From assembly GCA_030390025.1 (NCBI GenBank), contig CM059431.1, positions 146,570,001 to 146,634,000 on the forward strand: a DNA stretch of 64,000 bases. Reading direction: 5' to 3'. The translations under genes were made by a program, and so were the position numbers. Source of the stretch: Squalus acanthias. Its lineage: Eukaryota. The notes under the pieces are model-generated. The model was not told where the DNA came from. It made no database searches and saw only the letters and a list, made by a program, of their open reading frames with translations. Of this stretch, positions 13,636 to 27,397 are shown piece by piece. Numbering within the stretch: the stretch's first letter is position 1; every line of letters starts with the position of its first letter.

Positions 13636-14338
13636 GACATTTCAGTGATAAAGAAAGGCTCTACGAGAAGGATGCACCATCCGTGGTTAACTAAGGAAGT
13701 TAAGGATGGTACCAAATTGAAAGAAAAGGCATACAATTTTGCGAAGATTAGTGGTAGCCCAGAGGATTGGGAAATGTTTAGAAATCTGCAAAGGAAAGCT
13801 AAAAACATGATAAAGAGGGAGAAGATAGATTATGAGAGTAAACTAGCAAATACTATAAAAACAGGCAGTAAGAGCTTCTACAGGTATATAAAAAGGAAGA
13901 GAATAGCTAAAGTAAACGTTGGTCCCTTAGAAGATTAGAATGGGGAATTAAGAATGGGCAATAGAGAAATCGCAGAGACTCTAAACAATTATTTTGGATC
14001 AGTCTTCACGGTAGAAGACACTAAAAACAACCAAATAATAATAGATAATCAAGCGGCTATAGGGAGGGAGGAACTTAAAACAATCTTTATCACTAGAGAA
14101 AAAGTACTCGGCAAACTAAGGGTGCTGAAGGCCGACAAGTCCCCTGGTCCTGATGGCCTGCATCCTAGGGTCTTAAACGAAGTGACTGCAGAGATAGTGG
14201 ATGCGTTGGTTGTAATCTATCAAAGTTCCCTGGATTCTGGAGAGGTCCCAGCGGAATGGAAAACCGCCAATGTAACGCCACTATTCAGGAAAGGAGGGCG
14301 ACAGAAAGCAGGAAACTATAGGCCATTTAGCCTAACAT
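13636..14338 (+). mobile_element. CR1 LINE, 5' part of a host copy interrupted by another CR1
   Basis: ORFs 13645-13938 (PWLT) and 13954-14340 (KSPGPDGLHPRVL...GNYRP). Confidence 0.92.
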
Positions 14339-17035
14339 AGAAGCATAAAAGCATAGAAGATAGGAGCAGGTGTAGGCCATTCGGCCGCTCGAGCCTGATC
14401 CGCCATTTAATGAGATCATGGCTGATCATCCAAATCCACTACCCTGTCCCTGCTGTCTCCGCATATTCCTTGATCCCTTTAGCCTTAAGAAATATATCTA
14501 TCTCCTTCTTGAATATATTTAATGAATTGGCCTCAAATGCCTTCTGTGGTAGAGAATTCCACAGGTTCACGACACGCTGGATGAAGAAATTCCTCCTCAT
14601 CTCAGTCCTAAATGGCTTACCCCTTATCCTTAGACTGTGACCTCTGGTTCTGGACTCCCCCGCCATCGGGAACATCCTTCCTGCATCTAGTCTGTCTATT
14701 CCTGTTAGAATTTTATAAGTTTCAATGAGATCCCATCTCATTCTTCTAAACTCTAGCGAATCTAATCCTAATCGACCCAATCTCTCTTCATACGTCATTC
14801 CTGCCATCCCAGGTATCAGCCTGGCAAATCTTCGCTGCACTCCCTCCATGGCAAGAACATCCTTCCTCAGATAAGGCGATCAAAACTGCACACAATACTC
14901 AAGGTGTGGTCTCACCAAGGTCTTGTACAACTGCAGCACGACATCCTTGCTCCTGTATTCGAATCCTCTCGCTATGAAGGCCGACATAACATTTGCCTTC
15001 TTAACCGCCTGCTGCACCTGCATACTTACCTTTAGCGACTGGTGCACAAGGACTCCCAGATATCGTTGCACTACCCCTTTTCCGAATCTATTGCCGTTCA
15101 GATAATAATCTGTCTTCCTGTTTTTGCCACCAAAGTGGATAACCACGCGTTTATTCAAATTATACTGCATCTGCCATGCATCTGCCCAATAACCCAACCT
15201 GTCCAAATCATACTGGAGTTTCTCTGTTTCCTCCTCACAGCACACACGCCCACCCAGCTTTGTGTCGTCTGCAAACATAAAGATATTACATCTAGTTCCC
15301 TCATCTAGATCATTAATATATATTGTGAATAGCTGGGGTCCTAGCAGCGATCCCTGCGGTACCCCACTAGTCACTGCCTGCCACTCGGAAAAATACCTAT
15401 TTATTCCAACTCTTTGCTTCCTGTCTACCAACCAGTTCTCTATCCAAGTCAGTACCTTACCCCCAATCCCATGTGCTTGATCTTTGCACGCTGATCTCAT
15501 ATGCGGGACCTTATCGAAAGCCTTCTGAAAGTCCAAATATACCACATCCACTGGTTCTCTCTTATCTATTCTACCAGTTACATCCTCAAAAAATTCCAGT
15601 AGATTAGTCTGGCATGATTTACTTTTTGTAAATTTTTGTTGACTTTGTCCGATCCTCTCACTGTTTTCCAGGTGCTCAGCTATTACATCTTTTATAATGG
15701 ACTGTAACATTTTGCCCACTACCGATGTCAGTCTTACCGGTCTATAATTCCCTGTTTTTTCTCTACCACCTTTTTTAAATAGTGTGGTTACATTAGCTAT
15801 CCTCCAATCCATGGGAACTGTTCCAGAGTTATAGAATTTTGAAAGATGAACACCAATGCATTTACTATTTCTAGGGCCACTTCCTTAAGTACCCTAGGAT
15901 GTAGATTTTCAGGCCTTGGGGATTTATCGGCCTTAAATCCCGTCAATTTGCTTAACAACATTTCCCTACAAATACTGATTTGTTTCAGTTTCTCCCTCTC
16001 ATTACACCCTATATTCCCCGACATCTCTGGGAGTTTATTTGTGTTGTCCTTGGTGAAGACAGAACCAAAGTATGTATTTAATTGGCCTGCCATTTCTTTG
16101 TTCCGCATTATAAATTCCCCTGATTCTGACTGCAAGGAACCTAAGCTTGACTTCACCAATGTTTTTCTGTTCACATATCTATAGAAGCTTTTGCAATCAG
16201 TTTTTATGCCCCCTGCAAGCTTACTCTCATATTCTATTTTCCCCCTCTGAATTAATCCCTTTGTCCTCCTTTGCTGAATCCTAAACTGCTCCCAATCCTC
16301 AGGTTTGCTGCTTTTTCTGGCCAATGTATATGTGCTCTCCTTGTATCTTATGCTATCCCTAATTACCCTTGTTACCCACGGTTGAGTCACTTTTTTTGTT
16401 TTATTTTTATGACAAACAGGGATGAACAAATTCAGTAGTTCATCCATGCGATCTTTAAATGTTTGCTATTGCCTATCCACCATCAACCCTTTAAGTAACG
16501 CTCCCCAATCCATCCTAGCCAACTCGCGCCTCATAGCATCATAGTTTCCTTTATTTAAATTCAGGACCCTAGTCTCTGAGTCAACTACTTCACTCTCCAT
16601 CTTAATGAAGAATTTCATTATATTATGATCGTTCCTCCCCAAGGGGCCTCGCACAACAAGATTACTAATTAACCCTTTCTCATTACATAATACCCAGCCT
16701 GAGATGGCCTGATCTCGAGTTGTTTCCTCAATATATTGGTCCAGGAAACCATCCCGTATCCACTCTAGGAATTCCACCTCCACAGAATTGTTACTAATTT
16801 GATTAGCCCAATCTACATGCAGATTAAAGTCACCCATAATAACAGCTGTGCCCTTATTGCACGCATCTCTAATTTCCCGTTTAATGCCTTCCCCAAACTC
16901 AGCATTAGTGTTTGGGGGTCTGTATACAACTCCCACTAACGTTTTCTGCACCTTGGTATTTCTCAGCTCTACCCATACAGATTCCAAATCATCAGAGCTA
17001 ATATCCTTACTTACTATTGTAGAAATATACTGTGT
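14339..17035 (-). mobile_element. CR1 LINE nested in antisense; ORF2 EN, RT and 3' tail in four large ORF pieces
   Basis: ORFs 16466-17038 (GVVYRPP, GDFN), 15797-16447, 14880-15812 (GVPQGS, FADD) and 14439-14849. A CR1 microsatellite-type tail lies at 14339-14360. Confidence 0.95.
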
Positions 17036-17038
17036 CAT

Positions 17039-18415
17039 CTGTCATTGGGACAATGCTGGAATGCATTATTAAGGAGGTAATAGCAGGGCATTTGGAAATT
17101 AATAAGACAATCAAGCAGAGTCAACATGGTTTTGTGAAAGGAAATCGTGTTTGACAAATTTGCTAGAGATCTTTGAGGATGTAACTGACCGGGTGGATAC
17201 AGGGGAACCCGTAAATGTAGTGTAGTTGGATTTTCAGAAGGCATTCAATAAGGTGCCACGTAAGAAGTTACTGCACAAGATAAGACCGCACGGGGTTGTG
17301 GGTAATATATTGGCATCGATAGGGGATTGGCTAACTAACAGATAACAGAGAGTCAGGATAAATGGGTCATCTTCAGGTTAGCAATCAGTAACTATTAGGG
17401 TGCCACAGGGATCAGTGCTGGGGCCTCAACTATTTACAATCTATATTAATGACTTGGATGAAGGGTCCGAGTGTACTTTAGACAATTTTGCTGACGTTAC
17501 AAAGGTAGGTGGGTTAGCAAGTTTTGAGGAGGACACGAAGAAACTTCAAAGGGATATAGACAGGCTAAGTGAGGGGGTGAAATTGGCAGATTGAGTATAA
17601 TGTGGGGAAATGTGAGGTTATCCACTTTGGAAGGAAGAATGAAAAAGCAAATAATTATTTAAATGGAGTGAGACTACAAAATGCTGCGGTACAACGGGAT
17701 CTTGGGGTCCTAGTACATGAAAAACAAAAAGTTCTCATGCAGGTACAGCAATTCATTTGGAAGGCTAATGGAATGTTGGCCTTTATTGGAAAGGGAATGG
17801 AATATAAAAATAGGGAAGTTTTGATGCAACTTTACAGGGCGCTTGTGAGACCGCACCTGGAGTACTGCATACAATTTTGGTCTCCATATTTAAGGAAGGA
17901 TATACTTGCATTTGAGGCAGTGCAGAGAAGGTTCACTATGTTGATTCCTGGGAATAAGGGGTTGACGTATGACGAAAAGTTGAGTGGTTGGGCCTATACT
18001 CATTGGAGGTTAAATGAATGAGAGGTGATCTTATTGAAACATATACGATTCTGAGGGGGATTTACAGGGTGGATGATGAGATGATATTTACCCTAGTGGG
18101 GGTATCTAGAAATAGGGGACATAGTTTCAGAATAAGGATTCGCCCATTTAAGACGGAGATGAGGAGGAATTTCTTCTCTCAGAGGGTTGTGAGTCTTTGG
18201 AGCTCTCTACCCCAGAGAGCTGTGGAGGCTTGGTCTTTGAATATATTCAAGGCGGAGATTGACAGACATTTGAACTACAAGGGAGTAAAGGGGTACGTGG
18301 AGATAGCGGGAAGGTGGTGTTGAGTCCAAGATTGGATCAGCCATGATCTTATTGAATGGCTCAAGGGGCCGATTGGCCTACGCCTGCTCTTCTTTCTAAT
18401 GTTCCTATGTTCTTA
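17039..18415 (+). mobile_element. CR1 LINE, 3' part of the host copy
   Basis: Resumes at CTGTCATTGGGA, exactly where 14338 stops. RT ORFs 17400-18323 and tail TTCCTATGTTCTT. Confidence 0.92.
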
Positions 18416-18469
18416 TTTACTATTTCCTTTCCATAATATGAAAATCAGAGCCTTTGAACAACAATGTAA

Positions 18470-18850
18470 GTGTCGTGGTACAACTATTACCGGAGGAGGA
18501 AGGTTAAGTTTAGTGTACGTATAGGGTACCACTAAATATCGGAGGGGCACGGTCAGTTCTACTGTAAGCATAGGATATCAATACTACCAGAGTAGCACGT
18601 TCACCTCTAATGTACGTGTTAATCAGTACCAGTTAAGCATCGGCACCACTTGTGTAAGTGTTGAGGTACCACTAGTAGTGAAGGTGCATGTTTCACTCTT
18701 TTGTATGTTTAGCCAACCTCGAGCTCCACAGGAGCGCGCTCATCTCTCGTGTAATGCAGTCTATCACCAACACCAGAGGAGCACGGTCATCTCTACTGTA
18801 GGAGTAGGTTATAAATAGTACTGCAGGAGCAAGGTGACCAGTGCGGGGAA
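18470..18850. repeat. Degenerate ~48-bp tandem repeat (left part, separated from 21583-21925 by a CR1)
   Basis: Recurring GGAGCACGGTCA..CTA.TGTA.G and TACCA motifs. Confidence 0.7.
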
Positions 18851-18859
18851 CTGAATATT

Positions 18860-21582
18860 CCAGGGTATTTGACAATTCGGAAGGATAGACAGAAAGGAAA
18901 GGGAGGTGGGGTGGCTTGGTTGGTGAAGGATGGGATCAGTACAGTGGTGAGAACTGATATTGGCTCAGAACATCAAGATGTAGAATCGGTTTGGGTGGAG
19001 ATAAAAATAATATGGGGAAAAAGTCTCTGGTGGGCGTAGTCTACAGGATCACGATCAGTAGCCATGCTGTTGGACAGAGTGTAAATTAGCAAATAATGGA
19101 TGCCTGTTAAAAAGGTACGGTAATAATAATGCGTGATTTCAATCTCCATATTGATTGGACAAATCAAAATGGCCATGGTAGCCTTGAGGAGGAGTTCATA
19201 GAGAGCATCCGGGATGGTTTCCTAGAACAATATGTAATGGAATCAACCAGGGAGCAGGCTATCTTGGATCTGGTACTGTTTAAAGAGACATAATTAATAA
19301 ATGACCTCATAGTAAAGGATCCTCTAGGAAAGAGTGATCATAGCATGGTTGAATTTCAAATTCAGTTGGAGGGTGAGAAAGATGTATCTCAAACGAGTGT
19401 CCTGATCTTAAACAAAGGCAATTACAATGGCATGACGGCAGAACTGGCTAAAATTGACTTGAAAAAATAAATTAAATGGTAAGACAGTTCAAATGCAGTG
19501 TCGGATATTTAAGGATATATTTCATAACTCTCAACAAAAATAAATTCCAGTGAGAAAGAAAGATGTTAAGAGAAGGGAGCACCAGCCGTGGCTAACTAAG
19601 GAAGTAAAGGATGGTATCAAATTGCAAACTAAGGCATACAATTTTGCCAAGATTGGTGGGAGACCAGCGGATTGGGACATTTTTAAAAAACAGCAAAGGA
19701 TGACTAAAACAAATAAAGAGAGAGAAGATGAATTATGAGAGGAAACTGGCAAGAAATATTAAAACAGATAGTAAGAGTTTCTACATGTATATAAAAAGGA
19801 AGAACTAACTAAAGTAAACGTTGGTCCCTTAGAGGATGAGGTTGGGGAATTAATAATGGGGAATGGGGAAATGGCAGAGACTCGGAACCAATATTTTGTA
19901 ACTGTCTTCAAGGTAGAGGACACTAACAACATCCAAATAATGGATAATCAAGGGGCGACAGGTACGGGGTAACTAAAGACACTCACTCTCATTAAGGAAA
20001 TAGTACTTGTTAAAGTAATGCGACTAAAAGACGATAAGTCCCGTGTAACAGATGGCCTGCACCCCAGGGTCTTAAAATAAGTGGCTGCAGAGATAGTGGA
20101 TGCATTGTCTGCAATATATCAAAATTCCCTGGACTCTGGAGAGGTCCCAGCGGATTGGAAAACCTCAAATGTAACACCCCTATTTAAGAAAGGAGGGAAA
20201 CAGAAAGCAGGAAACAATAGATAAGTTAGCCTATCATCTGTCGATGGGAAAATGCTGGAGTCATTCATTAAAGAAGCACGAGCAGGGCATTTGGAAAATC
20301 ATAATACAGTCATGCTGAGTCAGCATGGTTTTATGAGAGGGAAATCAAGTTTAACAAATTTGCTGGATTTCTTTGAGGTTGTAATGAGCAGGGTGGACAA
20401 AGGTGAGCCAGTGGATGTGGTGTATTTGGATTTCCAGAAGGCATTCGAGAAGGTGCCATATAAAAGGTTACTGCATCAGATAAGAGCTCACGGAATTGGG
20501 GGTAATATTTTAGCATAGATAGAGAATTCGCTAACTAACAGAAACCAGAGATTCGGTATAAATGGGTCATTTTCCGGTTGGCAAACTGTAACTACTGGGG
20601 CGCCACAGTGATCGGTGATTTGGCATCAACTATTTACAATCTACATTAATGACTTGGATGAAGGGACTGGGTGTAATGTAGCCAAGTTGGCGGATGATAC
20701 AAAGATGGGTGGCAAAACAAGTTGTGAGGAGGACTCAAAGAATCTGCAAAGGGATATAGATAAGCTAAGTGAGTGGGCAAACATATTGCAGATGGAGTAT
20801 AATGTGGGAACGTGCGAGTTTATCCAATTTGGCAGGAAAAATTAAAAAGGAAACTATTATTTAAATGGAGAGAGATTACAAAATAGTACAGTTCAGAGGG
20901 ACGACAAGTAATCAAAAAGACAAATGGAATGTTGGCCTTTATTTCAAGGGGGTTGGAGTATAAAAGCAGGGCAGTCCTGCTATCGCTGTACACGGTATTG
21001 GTGAGACCACACCTTGAGTACTGCGTACAGTTTTGGTCTCCTTATTTAAGGAAGGATATACATGCATTGGAGGCAGTTGAGAGACGATTCACACGTTTGA
21101 TTCCTCAGATGAAGGGGTTGACTTAAGTAGATGGGTTGAGCAGGTTAGGCCTATAATCATTGGAATTAAGAAGAATGAGAGGTGATCTTATTAAAATATA
21201 TAAGATATTGAGGGGGCTCGACAAGGTAGATGCAGAGAGGATGTTCCGCCTCGTGGGGAATTCTAGAACTCGGGGGCATAGTTTCAGAATAAAGGGTCGC
21301 CCTTTTAAAACTGAGATGAGAAGGAATTTCTTCTCTCAGAATTATTAACGCAGATTGTGGAATTCTCTGCCCCAGAGAGCCGTGGAGGCTGGGTCATTAA
21401 ATACATTTAAGGAGGAGATAGACAGATTTGTACAAATACGGGAGTGAATGGTTATGGGGAGCGGTCAGGGAAGTGGCTTTGAGCCCAGGATCAGCCATGA
21501 TCTTATTGAATGGCGGAAAAGGCTTGAGGGGCCAAGTGGCCTATTCCTGCTACTATTTCTTATGTTCTTATGTTCTTATGTA
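18860..21582 (+). mobile_element. CR1 LINE, 5'-truncated, decayed ORF2
   Basis: EN region, ORFs 19550-21348 with CR1 RT motifs, and a (TTCTTATG)n tail at ~21557-21580. Confidence 0.92.
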
Positions 21583-21925
21583 ACACTAGTGTTAGTGTAG
21601 GGAACACCGAGTACTGGAGGAGCACGGTCACCACTAGTTTAGTGTAGAGAACCCTGACTACTGGAAGAGTACGGTCACCACTAGTGTTAGTGTAGGATAC
21701 CCTGAGTACTGGAGGAGCACGTTCACCACTAGTGTCAGTGTAGGCTACCGCAAGTACTGGAGGAGCATGATCATCTCAAACGTAAGTGTTAGGTATCACC
21801 AGTACTGTAGGAGTGTGGTCAATTCTAGTGTAAATGTGCAGGTAACACTAGTACCAGAGGAGCACGATCACCTCTAGTGTAAGTGTAGCTGATCACTAAC
21901 AGTGGAGGAGCACGGTCACCTCTAA
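21583..21925. repeat. ~48-bp tandem repeat, ~7 copies, upstream of GPCR gene 1
   Basis: Unit approximately GGTCACCACTAGTGTTAGTGTAGGATACCCTGAGTACTGGAGGAGCAC. Confidence 0.85.
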
Positions 21926-22284
21926 CGCTGCAGGACGGGTGTCATCGCCAATATTGCAGGATTTATTTCAGCTCCGGTTCTGGAGGGGTTGGAGAGCTAT
22001 GAGTCAGTGAAGTGCAGGGTTCTAGCGATTGCTGCCAGTGTAGCTGCTTCCACCAGTCCTGCTGGAATAGGGTCAGCACCAGTATTGGGTGATTCCAGTT
22101 TCCATTCGTAAAGAATGATTGAATTGTGTGTTTTTTTGAAACTGTCCAATAACAATTTCACATATTTCTCTTAATCTGACATATCAGACAAGAGAAACAA
22201 CTTACCTCACGTTATTTGTTAAATGACTGTATCTAATGCTAATTATGAGTTAACATGATTGACTCCCTGGCGGATTGATGTGTG

Positions 22285-22294
22285 GATAAATATA
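22285..22294 (+). promoter_or_regulatory. Candidate TATA-like box of GPCR gene 1
   Basis: GATAAATATA about 85 bp upstream of the ATG, the same spacing as the TATAAA of gene 2. Confidence 0.5.
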
Positions 22295-22371
22295 GGTTCC
22301 CTTCCATTGCCTCAGCCATGCGTCAGTCAGATTCCCTCAGCTGCTGCAGAATTCATTTATTCTCACAGAAA

Positions 22372-22441
22372 ATGGGGCGACCAGCTATACTGCTGGTCAA
22401 GGAGATTTACTACCCGATTCTCGCAGCTGTCGGTGTCCCCG
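22372..22441 (+). CDS. GPR139/GPR142-like class A GPCR gene 1, coding exon 1
   Basis: MGRPAILLVKEIYYPILAAVGVP plus one G, followed by a GTAAGT donor (phase 1). Homologous to exon 1 of gene 2. Confidence 0.9.
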
Positions 22442-22859
22442 GTAAGTCATTGTAACCTGTTTGTTGTTAATCGGTGTTAACTGTTTCTGTGTTCTTGCAG
22501 CCTGTTGCATAAGGTAACTGTTTTACGGATGTCAGCATTGCACAATGATCCGCGTTTCACACTCCGCGCTTTTCCTTTAATCTGATAACCTTACTGAGGT
22601 TCAATGCTCTTTGAAGCTCCGACACAGGAATTTATGGATTTACGGACAGTCTTGTCAACATGTGCAGAGTGAGCGTTGCAGCAGCTCATTAAAATGTGTG
22701 GGTGGGTTTCCCAGGTAATGGCTCCAATATTAATCATTTTCTTACACTGCCTCCTGTTGATAATCACACTGAATGGAGTAAAATGCCCTCAACAGGTATC
22801 TACATATGTATTTCTATCAGACACTGGAACATTATTTCTCTCCTCTCTCTATCTTACAG

Positions 22860-23803
22860 CGAACTTGGTGACAATCGTAATTCTCTGCCGAGGAAACTGC
22901 GGCCTTTCCAAGTGTATCTCTGTCTATATGGTGGCCATGGCAACAGCAGATCTACTGGTCATGATCATTAATGTAATGGCGTATTATATTTTAAATTATC
23001 ACTTTCCACTTTCCTTCATGTCCCAGACTCCCGTGTGTAAGTTAAATCTATACATGAATGCTGTCACCTTCGATTTGTCTGTATGGTTCACCGTCTCCTT
23101 CACATTTGACCGATGTGTAGTTATCTGCTGCCAGAAGTTTAAAGTAAAGTATTGCACCGAGAGAACTGCGGCCGCGGTTATAACATCGTTCTCTGTTTTG
23201 AGTTTTTTAAAGGGCATTGTCGTTTTTTTTGCATATGAATTTGAGCAAATAATTAACAAGGTGCAGTGGGGCTGTCGGTCAAGTGTAGCTTTTTTTCCCG
23301 CACCTCCAGGTGAAGCGTATCTCTGGTTTCACATCATATGGCTCGTTTGGCTTCCCTTTACCTTAATGGCTTTGTTTAATTATTTGACCGTCAGACGTAT
23401 TTTAATGGCTATCAGAACCCGCAGGGGACTCCGGGGTCACAAGAGTGAGAATCAGAGCGATCCAGAGCTGGAGAACCGAAGGAAATCCATAATTTTGCTC
23501 TTCGCTATATCGGGCAGATTTATATTGCTTTGGCTGACAACTGCCGTGAATTTGTTAATTGCCAGAATGACAAACATCAATTATTACCGAGGCGACCGCA
23601 CAAACCCAGCTTATATCGCCACTGAAACCGGAGCCATGCTGAAGCTTTTGAGTTCCTGTATAAACCCGTGTATTTATGCAGCGACCCAGAGGAAGTTCAG
23701 AGAAGAGCTGAAGAAGCTGCTGAAATCTCCCTCGACACTGATTCTAAGATTGGTTAAACATGAAAGAAATCCGAACTCCGTTCTAGCTCGTGTTCCAGCT
23801 TAG
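22860..23803 (+). CDS. GPR139/GPR142-like class A GPCR gene 1, coding exon 2 (spliced protein 337 aa)
   Basis: Pyrimidine tract and CTTACAG acceptor. Joins in frame as PANLVTIVIL, with MATADLLV (TM2), FTFDRC (TM3) and INPCIY (TM7). No internal stops. Confidence 0.93.
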
Positions 23804-25227
23804 GCTGGGGTTCTCTCTGCTAACCGCTACATAAGGATTGTTCTTGTAAAACCTCACAGGTACACAAGTATATTTGAATTATATTTGGGCCCCTTTGTAG
23901 AATTTACGCCAACATGGACTGTGGGTTTCCGCAGTTCTTTGACCGAGTGCTTCCTCCCAAACAAGGTCATTCCCCCTTAAGTATGAAAAATGTCAGTGAT
24001 GAAGTGAACTTCAATAGTGTGATACAATAGTTTACCAATTGGTTAAATATCAGATTATGCGAGAAGTGTAATCCATTCTACCATATATTGAACGGATAAT
24101 TCACCAGTTTTAGGGAAAGATTTTGTCGTTTACAACTCCCGCTTCCCTTACTATTTCTAGCAGGTTTAGTGAAAATGTTGCTTGGACTGATTACAGCTGC
24201 AAGGGCCGCTTCACCCCTTCTCCAGGGAATAAGGAGCGGTGCCGCTGTCCCCTTCACAGCGTTGGGATGTTTTAACACTTTTTGAATGTTTACTGGAGTT
24301 GCCTCGCTTTAGCTGTTTTTTCTGATGACTCTATTAATGAGAAATTGTTGAAGGCTGCCCAGCAACAAATAAAGTTGTTACTTGCTGTTACTAAATGTAT
24401 GATGGTGAATCTGACAGCTATAAATGTGAATCAGCGACCCTGTAACCTGGAAGCACAGAGTAAGAAATACAAATTCCTAATCGGGGCATTTCAGGCATGG
24501 ATCAGTAACCAGGACTCACATATATTAATATGAAATAACCTGCTCTGTGTGTTGATGCACAGAGAGTGCCGCTTAATACCCAGACCGTTTTACCAACTGA
24601 TGTTGACCAGGTATCCCCAGTGCAAGGCGGTGTATTCGGAGCTCTGTCCGGCACCACTGGGGACCTAGGTTTGAGAGCAATGCTCGAGGCAAAGACTTCA
24701 GTGGAAGATTTGAACCAATTAAATCGATTTTTATCCGCCCGATAATATCTGAGCCTCGGTAGAAGCTGCTACCAATTTATTCTGCAGTATATTGATTGGA
24801 GATTGGAAGATGATGTGGAGAAGCTGTTCCTCGAACTGGGTAAATCCACTGTTCACACTGCAGGATGTGTAAGAAAGTCAGAGGACTGTCACTGACTGCT
24901 TCCGCTGTTCTATTCAGTTTACCGGCTTGCACATATAAACAGAGAACACTGTTATATTAATTGCTCTGTTGGTTTACATTAATTTTAAACTGATTGGCTT
25001 GCATGCGTTTTATTTTCGACAGCTGGGTTGTATTTTTTCGCGGTGCCTTCCATCTACTGCATGCCTGTAGTTTTCCTGATGATGTCGTTTTCCGCCCAGT
25101 GCCGGAATCACCCGCCCACAATAAAAGGGGACGGTGGGGGAAGGAGCGAGGTTAATTACTGTTACAGCTCTTCCATTGCCTGTCTATCATGGGTTAGCGT
25201 TCAAGTGAAAAACAGTAACATCTCATT

Positions 25228-25612
25228 TAAACGTATACAATTCTGACAGGGCTAGATAGACTTACTGCAGGGAGGATATTTCCGCTGTCTGGGAAGTCCA
25301 GAACGAAGCGTGACAGTCTCAGGATACGGGGTAGGACATATAGGACTGAGATGAAGAGAAATTTCTTCACTCAGAGGATAGGAACATCTGGAATTCTCTA
25401 CCAGAGAAGGCTGTGGCGGCCAAGTCAATTAATATATTTAAGAAGGAGATAGATAGATTTTTAGATGCAAAAGACATCAAGGGCCATGGGGGGAGAGCGG
25501 GAATAAGGTATTGAGATAAAGGATCTGCCAGGATCATATTGAATGACGGAGCAGGCTCGAAGGGCCGAATGGCCTACTCCTGCTCCTATCTTTCCATGTT
25601 TCTATTTCTATC
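25228..25612 (+). mobile_element. CR1 3'-end fragment
   Basis: ILTGLDRL...RTEMKRNFFTQR coding remnant and CR1 3' UTR/tail. Confidence 0.85.
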
Positions 25613-25762
25613 TAACCGAGATTGGAGTTCGGTAAGGTAAAGAATTCCGCACATTTACAGGATTAGGCCTTGTTTGGTATCTCTGAACTTCCGGTTTTCT
25701 GGTCAGTATTTATCACTCAACGAGCAGAAATACAAGCAGATTGAAAGTTTACAACAGATTTT

Positions 25763-25948
25763 TGGGGTGAAATTCGACTTGGGCGGTAATGCAAAATTAA
25801 CGGAATCCCATTTACCGACCGCCATACCACATGCCCGATATTCAATTGTATTGAATTCATTGGAATTGAATATCGGGTGAAGCGTGTAACCGGTGAGCGA
25901 TGCGATACCGCCAATTTTGCGACACCCGCCCATGCTCAATTTCACTCT
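25763..25948. mobile_element. MITE-like palindromic element
   Basis: Imperfect TIRs GGGTGAAATTCG ... CAATTTCACTC with internal dyad symmetry. Similar palindromic elements occur at ~2090-2200, ~26340-26470 and ~47220-47366. Confidence 0.55.
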
Positions 25949-27397
25949 ATCTGGTCATTTAACTCATTGCTGTGTGTGGGACCTCGCTGTGTTCAATTTG
26001 ATTTTGCATTTCCTGTCTTTACAACATTGACTATAAGTCAAAATTATTGTTTGAAAGGTGCTATATAAATGCAAGGGGCTGGAGGCCGTCTTGTGCAGTA
26101 GCGGAAAATCATATCACCACCTGTTATAGGACCCGGCCAATATTGCGGTGAAGATCCGGCGGAGGGTGTAATAGGTGACCCGCCCATGGCCAAGTTAACC
26201 CAAGTTCATTATTTCCAGCCAAATCTCCTGAATTGGTTAGAAGGAGTAATTCAGTGTCCCCAATATTATCTGTTTTTAGCACAAGTTGAAAAGTCCATTT
26301 AGGTTTAGTAGAATCTTAATATTCTGAATGACGAACATTTTCAATTTCGGCCTTGTCGGAAATGTGACTGAAGCGGACTGTCCGCCAGTCATACACTGCG
26401 CCCGAATTTCCCTTTTCACTGACTATAATGAAAAGTCATTTGGGTTGTGTAAAATCCGTTGCTGCCAATCGGCAGATTTCACTAAAGCGGAGGAAAGTTC
26501 AGTTAAATAACAGAATTATTGAATTGTTTCCTATTTTCGGAATACTAATTGATAAAATACCGACACTGTTGAAGCAGCCAGCTATTGTTTAAAGACTCTT
26601 TACAATCAAAATCAGTTGTGCAGTAGCAGCATTTGGATTGTGGATCAACTTTTGGTTCTTTTAGATGCAACCTAGTCTCTCATAAATTCTTAGAGGCAGT
26701 AACAGATTTAAATGTTTGCTATAATTCTATTGCATAATGAAGTAGAAAGAACGACTTGATTATTTCGCGTGTAAATCGCGTGAAGTTCTCAATTAAACCT
26801 TTGAAGTTTTGAAATGCAGAAAACGACGTAACTCATGAAATGAACCAAGTGGTTTTCTACCACCTTTGTAAGTAAACTTTAGGAGTGAATGAACAATTTT
26901 GGGCTGTGATAAGGACAAACTGAATAATATCGACACAGGATGTGTGAGTGTAAACGTTTCACAGCTCAAACAGCTCAGACCAACATTAAAGGAACATTTC
27001 ACTATCTCTGAATGAATGATTTAATGCAAAAGACAAGGAAAGCTGTATATAACACACTCGCTAAAGAAAATCAGCACTGCAGTCAGAAGAAGGTGGCTTG
27101 GCCAGTCATCTTGTCTACGAGGATCAAGCTGCAGTCAGAGGAAGGAAGGGCCTGGCCAGTCTTTTCATGTACGAGGACCTACAATCAACGCTGGACTGAT
27201 CATCGGCGGGTGGTTGTATGTAGGATTTCCTGTAATATTATTGGTGAACTGCTCGAATAGTGGTTGGAGTTTTGAATCTGTCTTAGGAACAATAAAAGGT
27301 TAAAGACAGAACCTGTGTGTCTGATGTAATTTCTCATAAGTCTAAAGTCCGAACTCTAGAACCTGTTGGACGGGGCGAGGGGTAATTCCGCACGTCT

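Noticed and set aside
22676..22859. ORF-track N-terminal extensions of the GPCRs (also 48239-48344)
   Set aside because: These are intronic read-through from non-ATG starts. True ATG exons with matching splice sites lie upstream.
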